From Mobula hypostoma (Eukaryota): a stretch of 64,000 nt of DNA. Made by a program: the position numbers and the translations under genes. Location: NCBI RefSeq assembly GCF_963921235.1, contig NC_086129.1, positions 31,806,001 through 31,870,000 of the forward strand, given 5' to 3'. Below the pieces are notes generated by a model. That model searched no databases. It saw nothing but the letters and a program-made list of their open reading frames with translations, and had not been told where the DNA came from. The first letter of the stretch is position 1, and each line of letters starts with the position of its first letter. Shown here in pieces: positions 34,746-46,514 of the stretch.

Positions 34746-35891
34746 TCATTCTGATTTTGCAAGGAGGAATGGGGAAATTTTGCTCCTTCACATTATGCAA
34801 AGCTAATAGAGACTTAATCCAAAAATACTACTGGTTGTAATATCTGTGAGAGGTGATTCAACTAAGTACTGAGTAAAGAGGGATGAATACTTTTGAACTG
34901 CTGACATTTCAATTTATTTTTAATTTTTAGTTCATGCTTTACAATTTGCCCTGTTTTTTTGTGCTGTACTATGAAAATTATCAGTTAAATTGATCAAAAT
35001 TCATGGTTGTAATACTCATTTATGTGCAGAAAGGATTGGGGGCTGAATACTTTTACAAGGTACTGCATGTTTCTGTTTATATTTATGCCGTCTGACCTGC
35101 CGAGAGCTTCTGACATTCTCTGTTGTTATTTCACATTTCTGGCACCTGAATTTCTGTGATTATCGGTGTTAGTATGTACCATTTCACCAGGTGATACAAA
35201 CAGGATGAAGTAACATTCCTAATATTGAAAATTTAAGAAGGACTCTTAACCTCAGAATCTACCTTGTTACTTAGCTGCACTGCACTTTCTCTATAACTGC
35301 AACACTTCATTCTACACTCTCTTCTTGTTTCACCTTGTACTACTTCAATATACTGTTGTAATGGATTGAGCTGTATGAAGTTTTCAGTAAACGTGACAAT
35401 AATAAATCAATTTACCAGTTTACATTTGATATTTTGACAGAATTTGTTACATCTCTTTAATGAATTGTGGTTTTGGTCCATTTTTATCCCTCCCCCTGAA
35501 TCTTACTTTCATTAATTTCTTGCATAATAATCCTTGCTGTTCAAAGAAGGTGAGTAACACCAACAGGAAACAAATAGGTTTTTGTGGTTTATGCTGAGCC
35601 AAAAGTTAGAGTAAAGTATGAATTACAGGAAGCTGCAGTTACCATTAAGACTTTTAACCATTTCTTGACACTGCAGAGGGCCCTTGTTTGATCACACTTG
35701 AGCATTTTGCCTTTCACATTGGTTCTTTGTGGGTTGTCAGCTCTTGATCACTTAAATTCCTGGAAGTTTTTTCACACAATAGACTGCCCTGTAACACTCC
35801 CATTGGTTCATCTAACTATTTTCCCAAATTAAGTGGAATCACCATTTGTGAAAGTTTTTTTCTTCCACTATAAACACCTTTTGTAACCTGT

Positions 35892-37390
35892 TGTAACCAT
35901 GATCCAAGTCACCAGAGTGACACTGAAGCAGGTAATACACAGTGCATTGTGAAAGTATTCAGTCCCCAAGCTTTTGTTCACACAAACCTTTGTCTCTTTT
36001 TTCTGACTCCTGCGGCTCACTTAGAGTGACTGTTGGCATCACAGTAGCTTCTCTTACATGTGCCTTTCTTCTCTGTTAACTAAGTTTAGAGGGGTGACCT
36101 GACCGAGGCAGTGTGGGTATAGTTTGATATTTTTTCCACTTTTTCAAGATGAACTGCATTGAGCTCCGAGATATGCTCAGTGCCTTTGAGATGGACCTGT
36201 ACCCTTCCCCAGATTTGGGTTTTTCTATTATAATTTCCCTGACTTACCTTGAATGCTTTTTTGTCTTCATTTTGGTTTGATCTTTGGAAAATCTACCATA
36301 CTGTTGGAGCTTATAGAGAGAGGGGATTTATTCAGGTGATCTTCCAATTTTCTACATCAACAAATTGGGTGAGTTGGTGAGGTAATATACAGTATTGCAC
36401 CAGAGGAAAGTTAGTGTAGTAATTACAAAGGGGATGAATACTTTTTCAGACTCACAATTTTAGTTTTTAATTTCTTGTAAATGGTTGACAGATTATAGAA
36501 TTCTGTTTGAATTTACATGTTTTGTAGATCAGCTCAAAAAATCCTGCTGAAATATATTTTAAATTTAGAAAATGAGACAATAAAATGCAAAGATAGTTGT
36601 GGGGCAGAATATATTTTCAAGGCACTGTAAAAGGATTTATTCGTCATGACAAGCAGACATTCTTCTGGAGATACGCTTGGTAGAGTCTCCCAAACTCAGT
36701 ACATCACATTTTTATACCCTTAAGATCAAAGGTAACAGTAATTACAATGACATTGTACAACAATAACAATAGTTACAATGACATTGTTTACTTCAATATT
36801 TTGGGTTGACAATGCCTTCTTTCAATTACACATCTACAGTGGCATTCATCTTTGGATGTTCAAACACCTTTGCTGGGACAAAGTAATTCGCACAGATGGT
36901 CTAAAGATTTCTGTGGATAGAGATCCCAGATGCCAGAAATAATGGTTAGGGCTGACTCCAAATTCCCAGCTCTTGAATGATCATCTATACATGTGACCAT
37001 GTTTGATATTCTTAGTGACAACATCAGCTTGGCCTGTCATCTTGAACTCAAGTCACAATCGTGCAAATAACTTAGCCAGTGTTGCCTGGTTTGTTGCAGG
37101 CTAATTAACATAATCCTTTAGTCTTACGTTTGGCTGATGCAGATGAGAACATCTTGTGTTTGGCTGATGCAGATGAGAACGTCAATTCATTTTGCAAACT
37201 ATATCTCTTGAACAGCCAGCCCCCTACTTGGGCCAGCAGCCAACAACACACTTTACAAAGCTGTACTTTTAACTTCAAACTGATTACAGCTTGTTTTTAC
37301 AATTAACATTAAGAACTGAAAACTGGTTCTTGTTTGAATTAACATCTGCTATATTCACATAACTCCTGAATACTCCCTCGCATAACCCAT
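35892..37390 (-). mobile_element. Possible solo LTR interrupted by Tc1 copy 2
   Basis: On the minus strand, GTATAAAAA is followed by AATAAA and the end GGTTACA; internal 30-bp and 15-bp duplications; no TSD found. Confidence 0.4.
35940..36627 (-). mobile_element. Internally deleted Tc1 copy of the same family as 27914-35065
   Basis: CAGTG...CACTG TIRs; contains the uninterrupted 5' region and the start of the transposase. Confidence 0.85.
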
Positions 37391-37484
37391 TATGTTATTT
37401 GGGGGAAATACCATTGCTCCTCAATACCTTTGTGATTTTTATTCATTGCAAGTATTGAGGATTTGTCTTTAAATCAGAGAAGCC

Positions 37485-38880
37485 ATGCTAAGTTCAAGTT
37501 CATTGGCATTCAACAGTGTACATGCATAATCACCAAATGTGACAACGTTTCTCCAGACCAAGGTGCACAACACAGTACATATAACTCACAGATATTACAA
37601 ATACAGTAATATTACCACAAATAAATTATCAAATAATAAGGTGTATAAACACAGTGCAAAAGTCTTAAGCACATTTATATAGCTGGGGTGCCTAAGACTT
37701 TTGCACAGTCTGTAGTGATTTTATGTATTGCTCTGTATTGCGGCCACAAAAAGAAACAAACTTCACGGCATACAGTAAGTGAGAGATGATGAACCTGATT
37801 CTGATATGGGTCTCTACTATGGACTGAGAGTGGGATTATGGTTGGGAAAAGGGAAAGTGAGAGAGGAGGGAGTGGGAAGCACCAGAGAGACATTCAAAAT
37901 GATCAAAAGACCAATTGTTTGGAATCAAATGACCTTGCCTGGTGTTTCAGGGCTGGGTGTGTCTGCAACAATACCACTCTCCCCCACCCCAGCACTCCTT
38001 CTCAGCCACCTGTCCCATAGCCCTCCCTCAGCACTCCACCCTCACCATTCCCAACATTCTTTGCTCCCACCAGATTTACAAACTTGCTCTCCACTCTACG
38101 TTGACAAATACAGTACTGTGCAATACATGTTAAAAGGTAAAGAGTTTAATGCAACTGGCCCTTCATACATGATGAGACCTGGGTGGTGACAGGGAGCTCA
38201 GAGGCCTTTTGGCCTGGGGGAAGAAGCTGTTTTCCATGCTAACAACTTGTGTCTTAATGCTACAGTACCTCCTGCCTGATGGTAGGGAGTCAAAGTGATT
38301 GTTGGACAGATGGGAGAGATCACTGAAAATTCTAATGGTCCTGTGTATGCAGCACTCCTGATAAATATCTCTAATGGGTGGAAGCTGTCCTCACAATCCT
38401 GTGTCAGGATTTGCAGTCAGATGCCTTGCAATTCCTGTACCAGGTGGTGATGCAGCTGGTTGGGATGGCTTTCTTGTAAGAATTGGTTAAAATGGGGAGG
38501 GGTGGTGCATTGTGAACCTCACTCACTTCAATCTCCTCAGGAGGTGGAGATGCTGCTATGCCTTTTTGACCAAAGAGGTGGTGTTGAGGGACCAGGTGAG
38601 ATCATTCGTTATGTGCACTCCCAGAAACTTGGTGCTCCTAGCTCTCTCCATGTAGGAGCTGTGTATCTGCAGTGAGGAGTGGTCAGCCTGCATCTTCCTG
38701 AAGTCCACAATCATCTTGTTGGTTTTGTCCATGTTGAGGCTCAAGTTGTTCCCGCATCATTGTACCAGACACTCTACCTCCTCTCCGAATGCTGTCCTGT
38801 CGTTATTGTTGATGAGGCTAACCACTGTCGTGTTATCAGCAAACTTTTGAACTGCATCTAGAAATGCAGTCATGCATCAG
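37485..38880 (-). mobile_element. Rex/Babar-like fragments
   Basis: KFLGVHITNDLTWS; typical 3' tail. Confidence 0.7.
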
Positions 38881-39615
38881 CATATCATAAATGAGTTCCT
38901 TCCTCTCTGGTTCTGAAGAGAGATGACTACCCTGCTACGTTCTCCTTTTTGTCAGAGGTGACCCTAGCTACAACAGAGCTTCTCCTGATAATCAGTAACC
39001 AATTTCACTGTGATGCCATACTTGGTCATACTGTACATGTGCACTTCTAAGTTTCACGTCTGCATTAGATCAATATTGTAATGTTTAGAGCTAAGCATTT
39101 TGTTCAAAAACAAACAAACAACAAGAGCAGATTATTATTGAATTCTTGGCTCTTAACAATGTTTTAGATTACTGATTTCATCACTTTGCTTCGCAAACTG
39201 ATAAGGAGATTATTGGCCATGTTACTCAGCACCACAGCCCACTTTGTTTTTAACAGCTTCAGGATTACTAATGTACTGTAGCAAGTCTATCTGAAGGAGT
39301 AACCTGGATACAAAGTCAAATTAGATACATGTTTTCCTTAATCACAACAGACAACCACAGGATGTTGGATGCAAAGGGAGTTTGTTAGCTTTTGCAATCT
39401 CTTCCAGCAGTTAGAAGTTACGCACACTGGAACTATCTTCTTTGCATGGGTCAAGTGGGGGGGGGGGGCTCAGAAGGGAGAATAGTAGTCATGAATAAAT
39501 GGTGAAACAAGTGTACAAAGGTAAATTTTGGAGATCAAGTCTGAAGCTGTATTGGGTGGACAACTTAATCGGATACCTAAATGTTACCTCATTTAGATCC
39601 CATGCCTCTCTAGAT

Positions 39616-39621
39616 TTTATT
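39616..39621 (-). terminator. Candidate AATAAA polyadenylation signal of the IgSF gene
   Basis: AATAAA on the minus strand about 300 nt after the stop codon; motif only. Confidence 0.3.
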
Positions 39622-39920
39622 TTTGGGGCTCTAGATATGAACTGAAGTAAATTAGCAGAATCTATTGAGGAAAAATAAAACATTATTTTTGTACCTTTCA
39701 GCTAAGAATCCATCTTCATGAAAAGATACTGTGGAAGAGAACATTGTTTTGCGAGAAATATTGGGGTGGATGAAAAAGTTATATTAGCAGAAAAAGGTGA
39801 AATCCTTTTGTCCCATAAAAAAGCTGGCTTCTTTAAAGAGAAACACCAGGAAACTGGGGTTCTGCAAGAAAGCTTAACAAAAAAAAAATCTAAATGGATC
39901 TCTGTAAAGCCATTATATAC

Positions 39921-40020
39921 TCAGAATTCAGAGGTCATTATTCTGTCCTCTTGATTATCAACGTCTTCATAGGTGTCATCTTTAATCCATTGACGTTGGT
40001 TCTTGAGTTGTTTTGTATTC
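39921..40020 (-). CDS. IgSF receptor terminal coding exon (cytoplasmic tail with TYEDV)
   Basis: Acceptor ttctttctcattAG. Phase-2 frame reads NTKQLKNQRQWIKDDTYEDVDNQEDRIMTSEF, then TGA at 39923-39921. Confidence 0.65.
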
Positions 40021-40564
40021 CTAATGAGAAAGAAGATCAACAAAGCAATGAAGAATGATTTCCATAATTCTTCTGTAATGCTCATTTAGGAACCACTGAG
40101 GAAGTCCAGAGCAAGCATATAATTTAAATTATCATCTCAGCTTCTTCCTCAACACATAATGACTGATATCATTATTCTGCCCAATTCATAAACTTTGGGT
40201 TATTCACCAATGATTGGCGCCAATTCTGCTCAGAGTTCAATGAGGTTTCAAATATAAAGGTGACAAATGTGTGACAATATCTGAAAACAAGATATTGTAA
40301 GATTATGCTCGCTGAAAAAGTTGGTTAACTATTTGATCAGGTTTTAGTGGTAGGTCATCAATGTAAATTAAATGTTTCTGTTTCAACAGCTGTGGCTGAC
40401 CTCTAATATTCCCAGTTTTTTTATATTTACATTTCAGTTTTCCAATATCTTGGATAGTTTGTTTTTGTAACCATTATTGTTCTGTGATTTACTTACCAAA
40501 TAGTTAGGTTACTAAAAGCTGAGTGGCCTGTCATCTGATGAGAATGATATGGATGATGATGATG

Positions 40565-40770
40565 TAAGAAACTGCCAATGTTGGAATCTGGAGCAACACG
40601 CAGGGTGTTAGGGGAATGTAGCAGATCAAGCAGAATTTATGGAGGGAATTAGAGACTCAACATTTTGGGTTTAGAGCCTGAATGAAGGGGTTTGACCCAA
40701 AATATTAACTCTCCATTTCCTTCCATAGATGCTGCCTGACCCATTGAGTTCCTCCAGCATGATATGAACG
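40565..40770 (-). mobile_element. Penelope-derived terminal fragment(s)
   Basis: Similar to 9024-9330, including ccatagatgctgcctgacc...gagttcctccagc. Confidence 0.55.
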
Positions 40771-40929
40771 TTGCTAGTTTGGAACAAGATAATTGTTTCT
40801 TATATCTGTGTTTTTTACTGTGCCCTCCAAAATTGTTTTCACTAGATTATTTCTCAGATCAGTGGATGTGTCCATGAGAGTCAGTACTATGGACCACTGC
40901 ACTTTTTTAATGTAAAAATGAATGCCTTG

Positions 40930-41760
40930 GACTTGGGTCCACAGGGCACAGTTTCCAAATCAGTAATTGATACAAAATTTGGAGATGTTGAGAATTGTGG
41001 CAATGATAGTCATAGACCTCAGGGAGGTATAGGTGAGCTGGTGGAATGTGTGCTCAGTATGGCTACTGAACTTTAATGCAGTCAAAAATGATGTGCTACA
41101 TTTTAGTAAAGAGCAAGGAAAAGTGATTAAAAATTCCTAAAGATGTGTGTGATAGGAGAGCTTTGGTAGTATGCACATCGACCATTGAAAAAAGTCATGG
41201 TGAACCTTGATAAAACTCTTAGTCACATGTGTAGCCTTCTGTCCACTACCAGACACCATTCAGAAGGAAATATATGAAGTCTTTCAGGCGAGAGTAAGAG
41301 ATTAGAGCAAAGTGTTTCTATGAACGAGTGACTTTGTGTGATGAGACTGGAGAAGCTGGTTCTTTTTCTTTGACAAGTGGAGATCACAGTGTAGAATAGT
41401 GGGTGGGAGAGGAACACAGATTAGAAGCCATTAAAGATAGACAAAAGTAGATGGAGAGAAAATGTCCTGGGAGGAGAAAAGCCAAGAACTAGAGGACACA
41501 TAATGAAGATGGCTGGCTCAAGTTCCAAAAGTGACATGAGTGAAAAATACTTTTAAGCAGAAAATGGTTGGGAACTGGAACACATGGCTGGGACAGAAGT
41601 GAGTGGTGGTGGTGAAGATACTATAGTGAGATCTCATGGTGTTGAAAAGGGAACTGGATAAATCCATGAAAATAAAAAAAAAATTGCAGGATAGTTTGAA
41701 GAGGGCGAGTGATTGCAGCTAACTGGATTGTTCTTCCACACAATTGACACAGACTCAAGT
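40930..41760 (+). mobile_element. Highly degraded CR1
   Basis: Remnant KF.DDTK region and 3' UTR-like sequence. Confidence 0.55.
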
Positions 41761-42084
41761 AAATTTAATGGCCTTTATCCTTGTTGTAACCTTTCTTTAG
41801 AGACTAGAGTCTAATCTCTGGAATAATTCTTTCCAGAGGCATCTTGGAATCTATTTAGGACACTCCTTCTTTTCACCTGCAACACAATGGGAAGACCTGC
41901 AGTCAACCTTCCGAGATACTGGAGCGACACTGATGAGCTTTACTGCTTCCATTTTATCATTCTGCTTACCTGGCATGTGTCACTGGCCACTTTATCCTCA
42001 GCTTACCCTCGACTGTCTCAGAGAGACTGGCTGGGCTCATACATACATGCATCACAGAAAGTTAAATGTAGGTACAGCATTTAT

Positions 42085-42397
42085 TTATTTTGTTTAATTT
42101 ATTTAGTGATACAGCATGGAGTAGACCCTTCCAGCTCTTCGAACCACACCACCCCAGCAACCCTAACAAATCTGATTAACCCTAACCTAATCAGGGGACA
42201 ATTTATAATGAACAATTAACCTACCTGGTACGTCTTTGGACTGTGGGTGGAAATCAGTGCACCTGGATGAAAACCCAAGCATTCCATGGGGAAGGATACA
42301 GAGACTCCTTACAGAAAGGCACCAGGATTGAACTCCAAACCCCAGAAATCCAGAGCTGTATTACCGACAAGCTGACTGCTACTCTGTCGTGGTGCCC
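42085..42397 (-). mobile_element. tRNA-derived V-SINE (HE1-like)
   Basis: Minus strand: GGGCACCACG...GAGTTCAATCC head, V-domain-like CCCACAGTCCAAAGACGTACCAGGTAGG, CR1-like tail. Confidence 0.75.
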
Positions 42398-42479
42398 CTT
42401 AGGACCTGCCTGTAAGTTGCCATTTATTGCAACAAAATTTGAGTGAAAAACAGATACATTTGGAATATTAGTTTTCAAA

Positions 42480-42900
42480 TCCTAGAACGGATATACTTGT
42501 AATGAAGAGAGTGCAGTTGATTCCTGGAATGGTGAAATTGTCATTTGAAGATAGATGAAGCAGATTGGAACTGTGCTTATTATATTATAGATGATACATT
42601 GTGATTTCATTCAAAATTCATATCAGAATGTGAGGTTAATATTTCCCATAGCCTGGGTATTCAGAACTAAGGATCTCATTCGCAGAATGGAGACTTGGCC
42701 TTTCTGTGATGAGAAGGTATTTCTTCATTCCAAAGACAGATTCTTTGGAATCTCAGTATATTCAAGACAAAGATGGATAGTATTTTGGATAATAGGAGGA
42801 TAAAGGTATATAGGGTTAGCGCAGGATTTGGAACTGAGTTAGAAGTTCAGTCATAATCTTATCAAAGAGATGAGGAAGCACAAGTGGTGAACGGCTATTT
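42480..42900 (+). mobile_element. Degraded CR1 3' fragment
   Basis: Remnants of the CR1 C-terminal coding region and tail. Confidence 0.5.
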
Positions 42901-43344
42901 CCTGTTTCAAATCCTGATGTTCTTTATGAGCAGCTTGGATGTGACTGTTTGCAACTTTGGCATGCAATCTGAATTCCATCTTCTATGCATTATAAAGATT
43001 ACAAAATGTTTGACTTGTTAACTGCACCTGCCTCTGTGGACTTTACTCCATAGTCTGACAAATCTTTAATCTAAACCTTCCTTAATTCCAGTCTGAACTG
43101 ATGCCGTGCCCTCCGGCTGGTGTCACTAGGCTTCCCTCTCCTGTGGTTTATCCAAGCCCTGCTGTCGAACGTTAAAGTACATTAGTCATTCAGAGTCTGA
43201 GTTTAGAAATTCCTCAGCTCAACACTGCAGTCACTAAAGGCTGTGAACTGTTCCTCATGTGCTTATTATCTAATGCATAATATCAGCGATAATTGTTTCT
43301 GTTCCATGTGTATGCAAAGGGTAATGGGCTATTTTGGGACTTAC

Positions 43345-43369
43345 CTCCTATTGCACAAGAAGTATCGAT
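43345..43369 (-). CDS. IgSF receptor 25-nt cytoplasmic micro-exon
   Basis: Acceptor ttttttatttcacAG, donor GTaagt. Phase 1 in, phase 2 out; encodes (D)RYFLCNR(R) and puts the next exon into its tyrosine-motif frame. Confidence 0.65.
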
Positions 43370-44314
43370 CTGTGAAATAAAAAAGAATTGTACGCTATTA
43401 CGAAAATTCTGTAACGCAACTCTTATTATGTGGAATCTGGCAGTAACTTCATAAAAATACAGATTTTCATCTCATGGAACACTCATTGATGCTAATGCTT
43501 GATGCATTTTGTTTACATTGTAACAACACCGCCCCAGAATGCTTGGTCTCCACAATCCTGCCAACTGTTGCTATTTTATTACTGATTTTTTAACATGAGA
43601 ATTCATTTTACAGAATGCTTTATCCATCAGTGTGGTTCAATAACGAAGGAGAAAATTTTACATGAGGGTGAGAAATTAGGCTTAATTTCACCTGAGATAT
43701 TTTTTAGGCATTTGTCTTTGTCACAGGATCTACATATTCCAGATGGCATATATTTATTATATACATTAATATTATCTATTGTTTCCTGGAGAGGTTACTG
43801 AAATGTGATATTAACCATAATGTAACATTTATATGCTAGCATGCCTTTCCAAGTTACTGCTTGTCAATTTCTATCCACTCTTGAAACCCCCTATACCCCT
43901 TCAAGATGACTTGATGATATACTTTAGTTTTCTCAGTCAACTTTTCCTACTGCATTTAAAAATAAACCTATGGTGTACAGCATTTTTGAAATTAATGTTT
44001 AACTTTACTATCAACTTTTCAAGTTATCATTTGATTTGATTCAACAATTCTATAGTGAATAGAATGCTCACCCACCAATTTGACGTCCCTGACCTTTCAG
44101 TTACTGCGTCCTGCAACTATTCTACACAAGTGTCATAATGGTGTTGACCATCACTTCCTATAATCGACCATTGAAGAAATACATTATCATATAGGTTTGG
44201 TGCCTTGAGTTATTTTATCCATCCAAATTCACCTACATAAATACATACTCACATCAGGTGATGAGCATTAATGCCTATTGAAACTTCCACTTCATATTTG
44301 TTCTTTCATCATTT

Positions 44315-44725
44315 AAGACCATAAGACCATAATGTAAAGGAGCAGAATTAGGCCATTTGGCCCATCAAGCCTGCTCCGCCATTTCACCATGGCTGATTCA
44401 TTTCCCTCTCAGCCCCAATCTCCTGCCTTCTCCCCGTATTCCTTCATGCCCTGATCAGTCAAGAATCTATCAGCCTCTGCCTTAAATATACCCAATGACT
44501 TGGCCTCTGCAGCTGCCTGTGGCAATGAATTCCATAGATTCACCACTCTCCGGCGAAAGGAATTCCTCCCCATCTTTGTTCTAAATGCCTGTACCTGTAT
44601 TCTGCGGCTGTGGTCTCTTTGACTCCCCCACCATTGGAAATATCCTCCCTGCATCCACTCTATCAATGCCTTTCAACATTCAATAGCTTTCAATGAGATC
44701 CCTCTCAATCTTCTGAATTCCAGTA
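44315..44725 (-). mobile_element. CR1 3' fragment
   Basis: VVNLWNSLPQ motif; (CTTATGGT)n tail. Confidence 0.8.
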
Positions 44726-44729
44726 AGTA

Positions 44730-45395
44730 GAAGAGGGAGGAGAAGATGGCGGCGTGACGCAGCGTGCGCGGCCGTTCCAAATTGATATCGATTCGTGTTA
44801 ACTAGGGGGCCGTGCACAATCCTGATTTGATGGAGACAGCTATGAGAAACGTGGAGGAACATCTGGAGAAACTTCTGAAATGCCTGCTTCGCTGCTGCTG
44901 CTACTGTGCGATCGAGATTCTCCGGAGGGGAAGGCCCCAAATCCTCGGCTTTGCGTATTGCCTGTTGCCGGGGCCGGGTTCGAAGCGCTCGGCAGAGATG
45001 GTGCTCGGTGCTCGGTGTCGGAGAGCTGGTTGGAGGCTTGGAGTTTTCGGATGGACTCAGAGTCGGACTGTGGTCGGATACTTCCAGTATGCTGCACCGG
45101 CAAGTTTGCAGCACTGGAGGTTCACTGTCTGCGTGAGATGATGGGACTTTCGAGAGACTTTGAGACTTTTACCATGCCCATGGTCTGTTCTTATCAAATT
45201 ACAGTATTGCTTTGCACTGTTGTAACTATATGTTATAATGATATGGTTTTTGTCAGTTTTTCAGTCTTGGTTTGTCATGTGTTTCTGTGATATCATTCTG
45301 GAAAAACATTGTATCATTTCTTAATGCATGCATTCCTAAATGACAATAAAAGAGGACTGTGTGTCCTCATAATCTAATCTAATCTAAATCTATCT
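44730..45395 (+). mobile_element. Unclassified AAGATGGC-head/(TAATC)n-tail repeat, copy 2
   Basis: Colinear with 20907-21537; its tail ends about 5-8 nt from the TM-exon splice donor. Confidence 0.8.
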
Positions 45396-45402
45396 AATTT
45401 AC

Positions 45403-45480
45403 CTTTATTGCTCCAGAGCAGTAACAAAACGACAGTCATCACAAAGATTGGCACCGTTACAAATCGGTGAGTGAAATATC
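45403..45480 (-). CDS. IgSF receptor exon: transmembrane segment
   Basis: Acceptor ttttttctttctgctacacAG, donor GTaaat, 78 nt, phase 1-1. Encodes YFTHRFVTVPIFVMTVVLLLLWSNK. Confidence 0.8.
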
Positions 45481-46514
45481 CTGTGTAGCAGAAAGAAAAA
45501 AATGTTTGGAATTGGAATTTCAATTGGATTTGGTTTATTATTACTGAAGTACAGTGCATACTGCTCATACAGATCATTATCTACTTCAATATCTAAGAAT
45601 GCTGACAAATATTAGATAAATCGCCTTCCTGGTATAGTAACTCATATACTGACTCAGCATCTTGGTAATATTATAAATCGTAAATTCTTTCGCATTTTCT
45701 CATTTAAGCTGTTGTGGATTTTCCAAGCTATTGTACAAGGTAGGAACTACCAGCCCATATTTCAACAAATTACAATGTCTTAGAAATGTGATATTAGTAC
45801 TTCGGCTCCCTAGACTATTCTAAATAGTAATATAGATAAAATTATATTTTACCAATTGCTAATTTAATTATGTAATTTGAAGAAATTATATATTTTTAAG
45901 ATGCTTTATATCACTTACTCTTGTCTCATGTAGTACAATCATTTGATGTGGAGGTTTGTCTTTTTTTATTTTGGGACAGAGGTTCCTGGGCCAGTTTTGA
46001 TCCAGAAATTTCTGCCATTTCTGGTTCCTGGTGTTGCAGTAATGTCAAACATCCTGTGATTATTTGACACTACTCATGGGAGTTTCTTCCATGCTCTCGA
46101 GGCCCGTAAAAACACTGAAGCATATCTTAATCGGAGACCTCCTTTGGGGTTAGTTTTAAGGCTTGTCCATCCATAGGACGTCACTGCAGAGTCCAACAGT
46201 CCACTTCTGCGAGGTTTGTGTCATATTTAACTGTTCTTTATAATGATTAGCCCCGTGCTAAATTCCCAAGCCACACCACAATCTACTTCGCTATCTCCAG
46301 CAAACATCTGACTTGTACATATCTTTCCTGCCTCATTATTAGCCCCATACCCAAACATATGTCTGACCTCATCATCCCATTCATTTACCCAAACATGCTG
46401 ATTATCTGCCCAACACAACCGTGCTAATCCTTCTCGGTTATTTGCCTGCACCTCCCAGATAATCTGCTCAGCGATTTGATAATCAGTCCCACCCCTAGTC
46501 CAACAAACTGCTCC

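Larger units (their letters stand above)
27914..35065 (+). mobile_element. Tc1/mariner transposon remnant carrying three nested insertions
   Basis: TA|CAGTGCCTTGAAAAC...ATTCAGCCCC left TIR and matching right TIR; transposase N-terminus MKTKEHSRQV...KALNIPR|SSVQSIMKKW is split by an insertion. Confidence 0.85.

Noticed and set aside
40497-40534. Extra 38-nt candidate cytoplasmic exon (MTGHSAFSNLTI) with good splice sites
   Set aside because: It is open only with phase-0 entry, which the supported upstream exons do not provide. Candidates at 44253-44274 and about 41970-42035 are similarly unproven. RNA data are needed.
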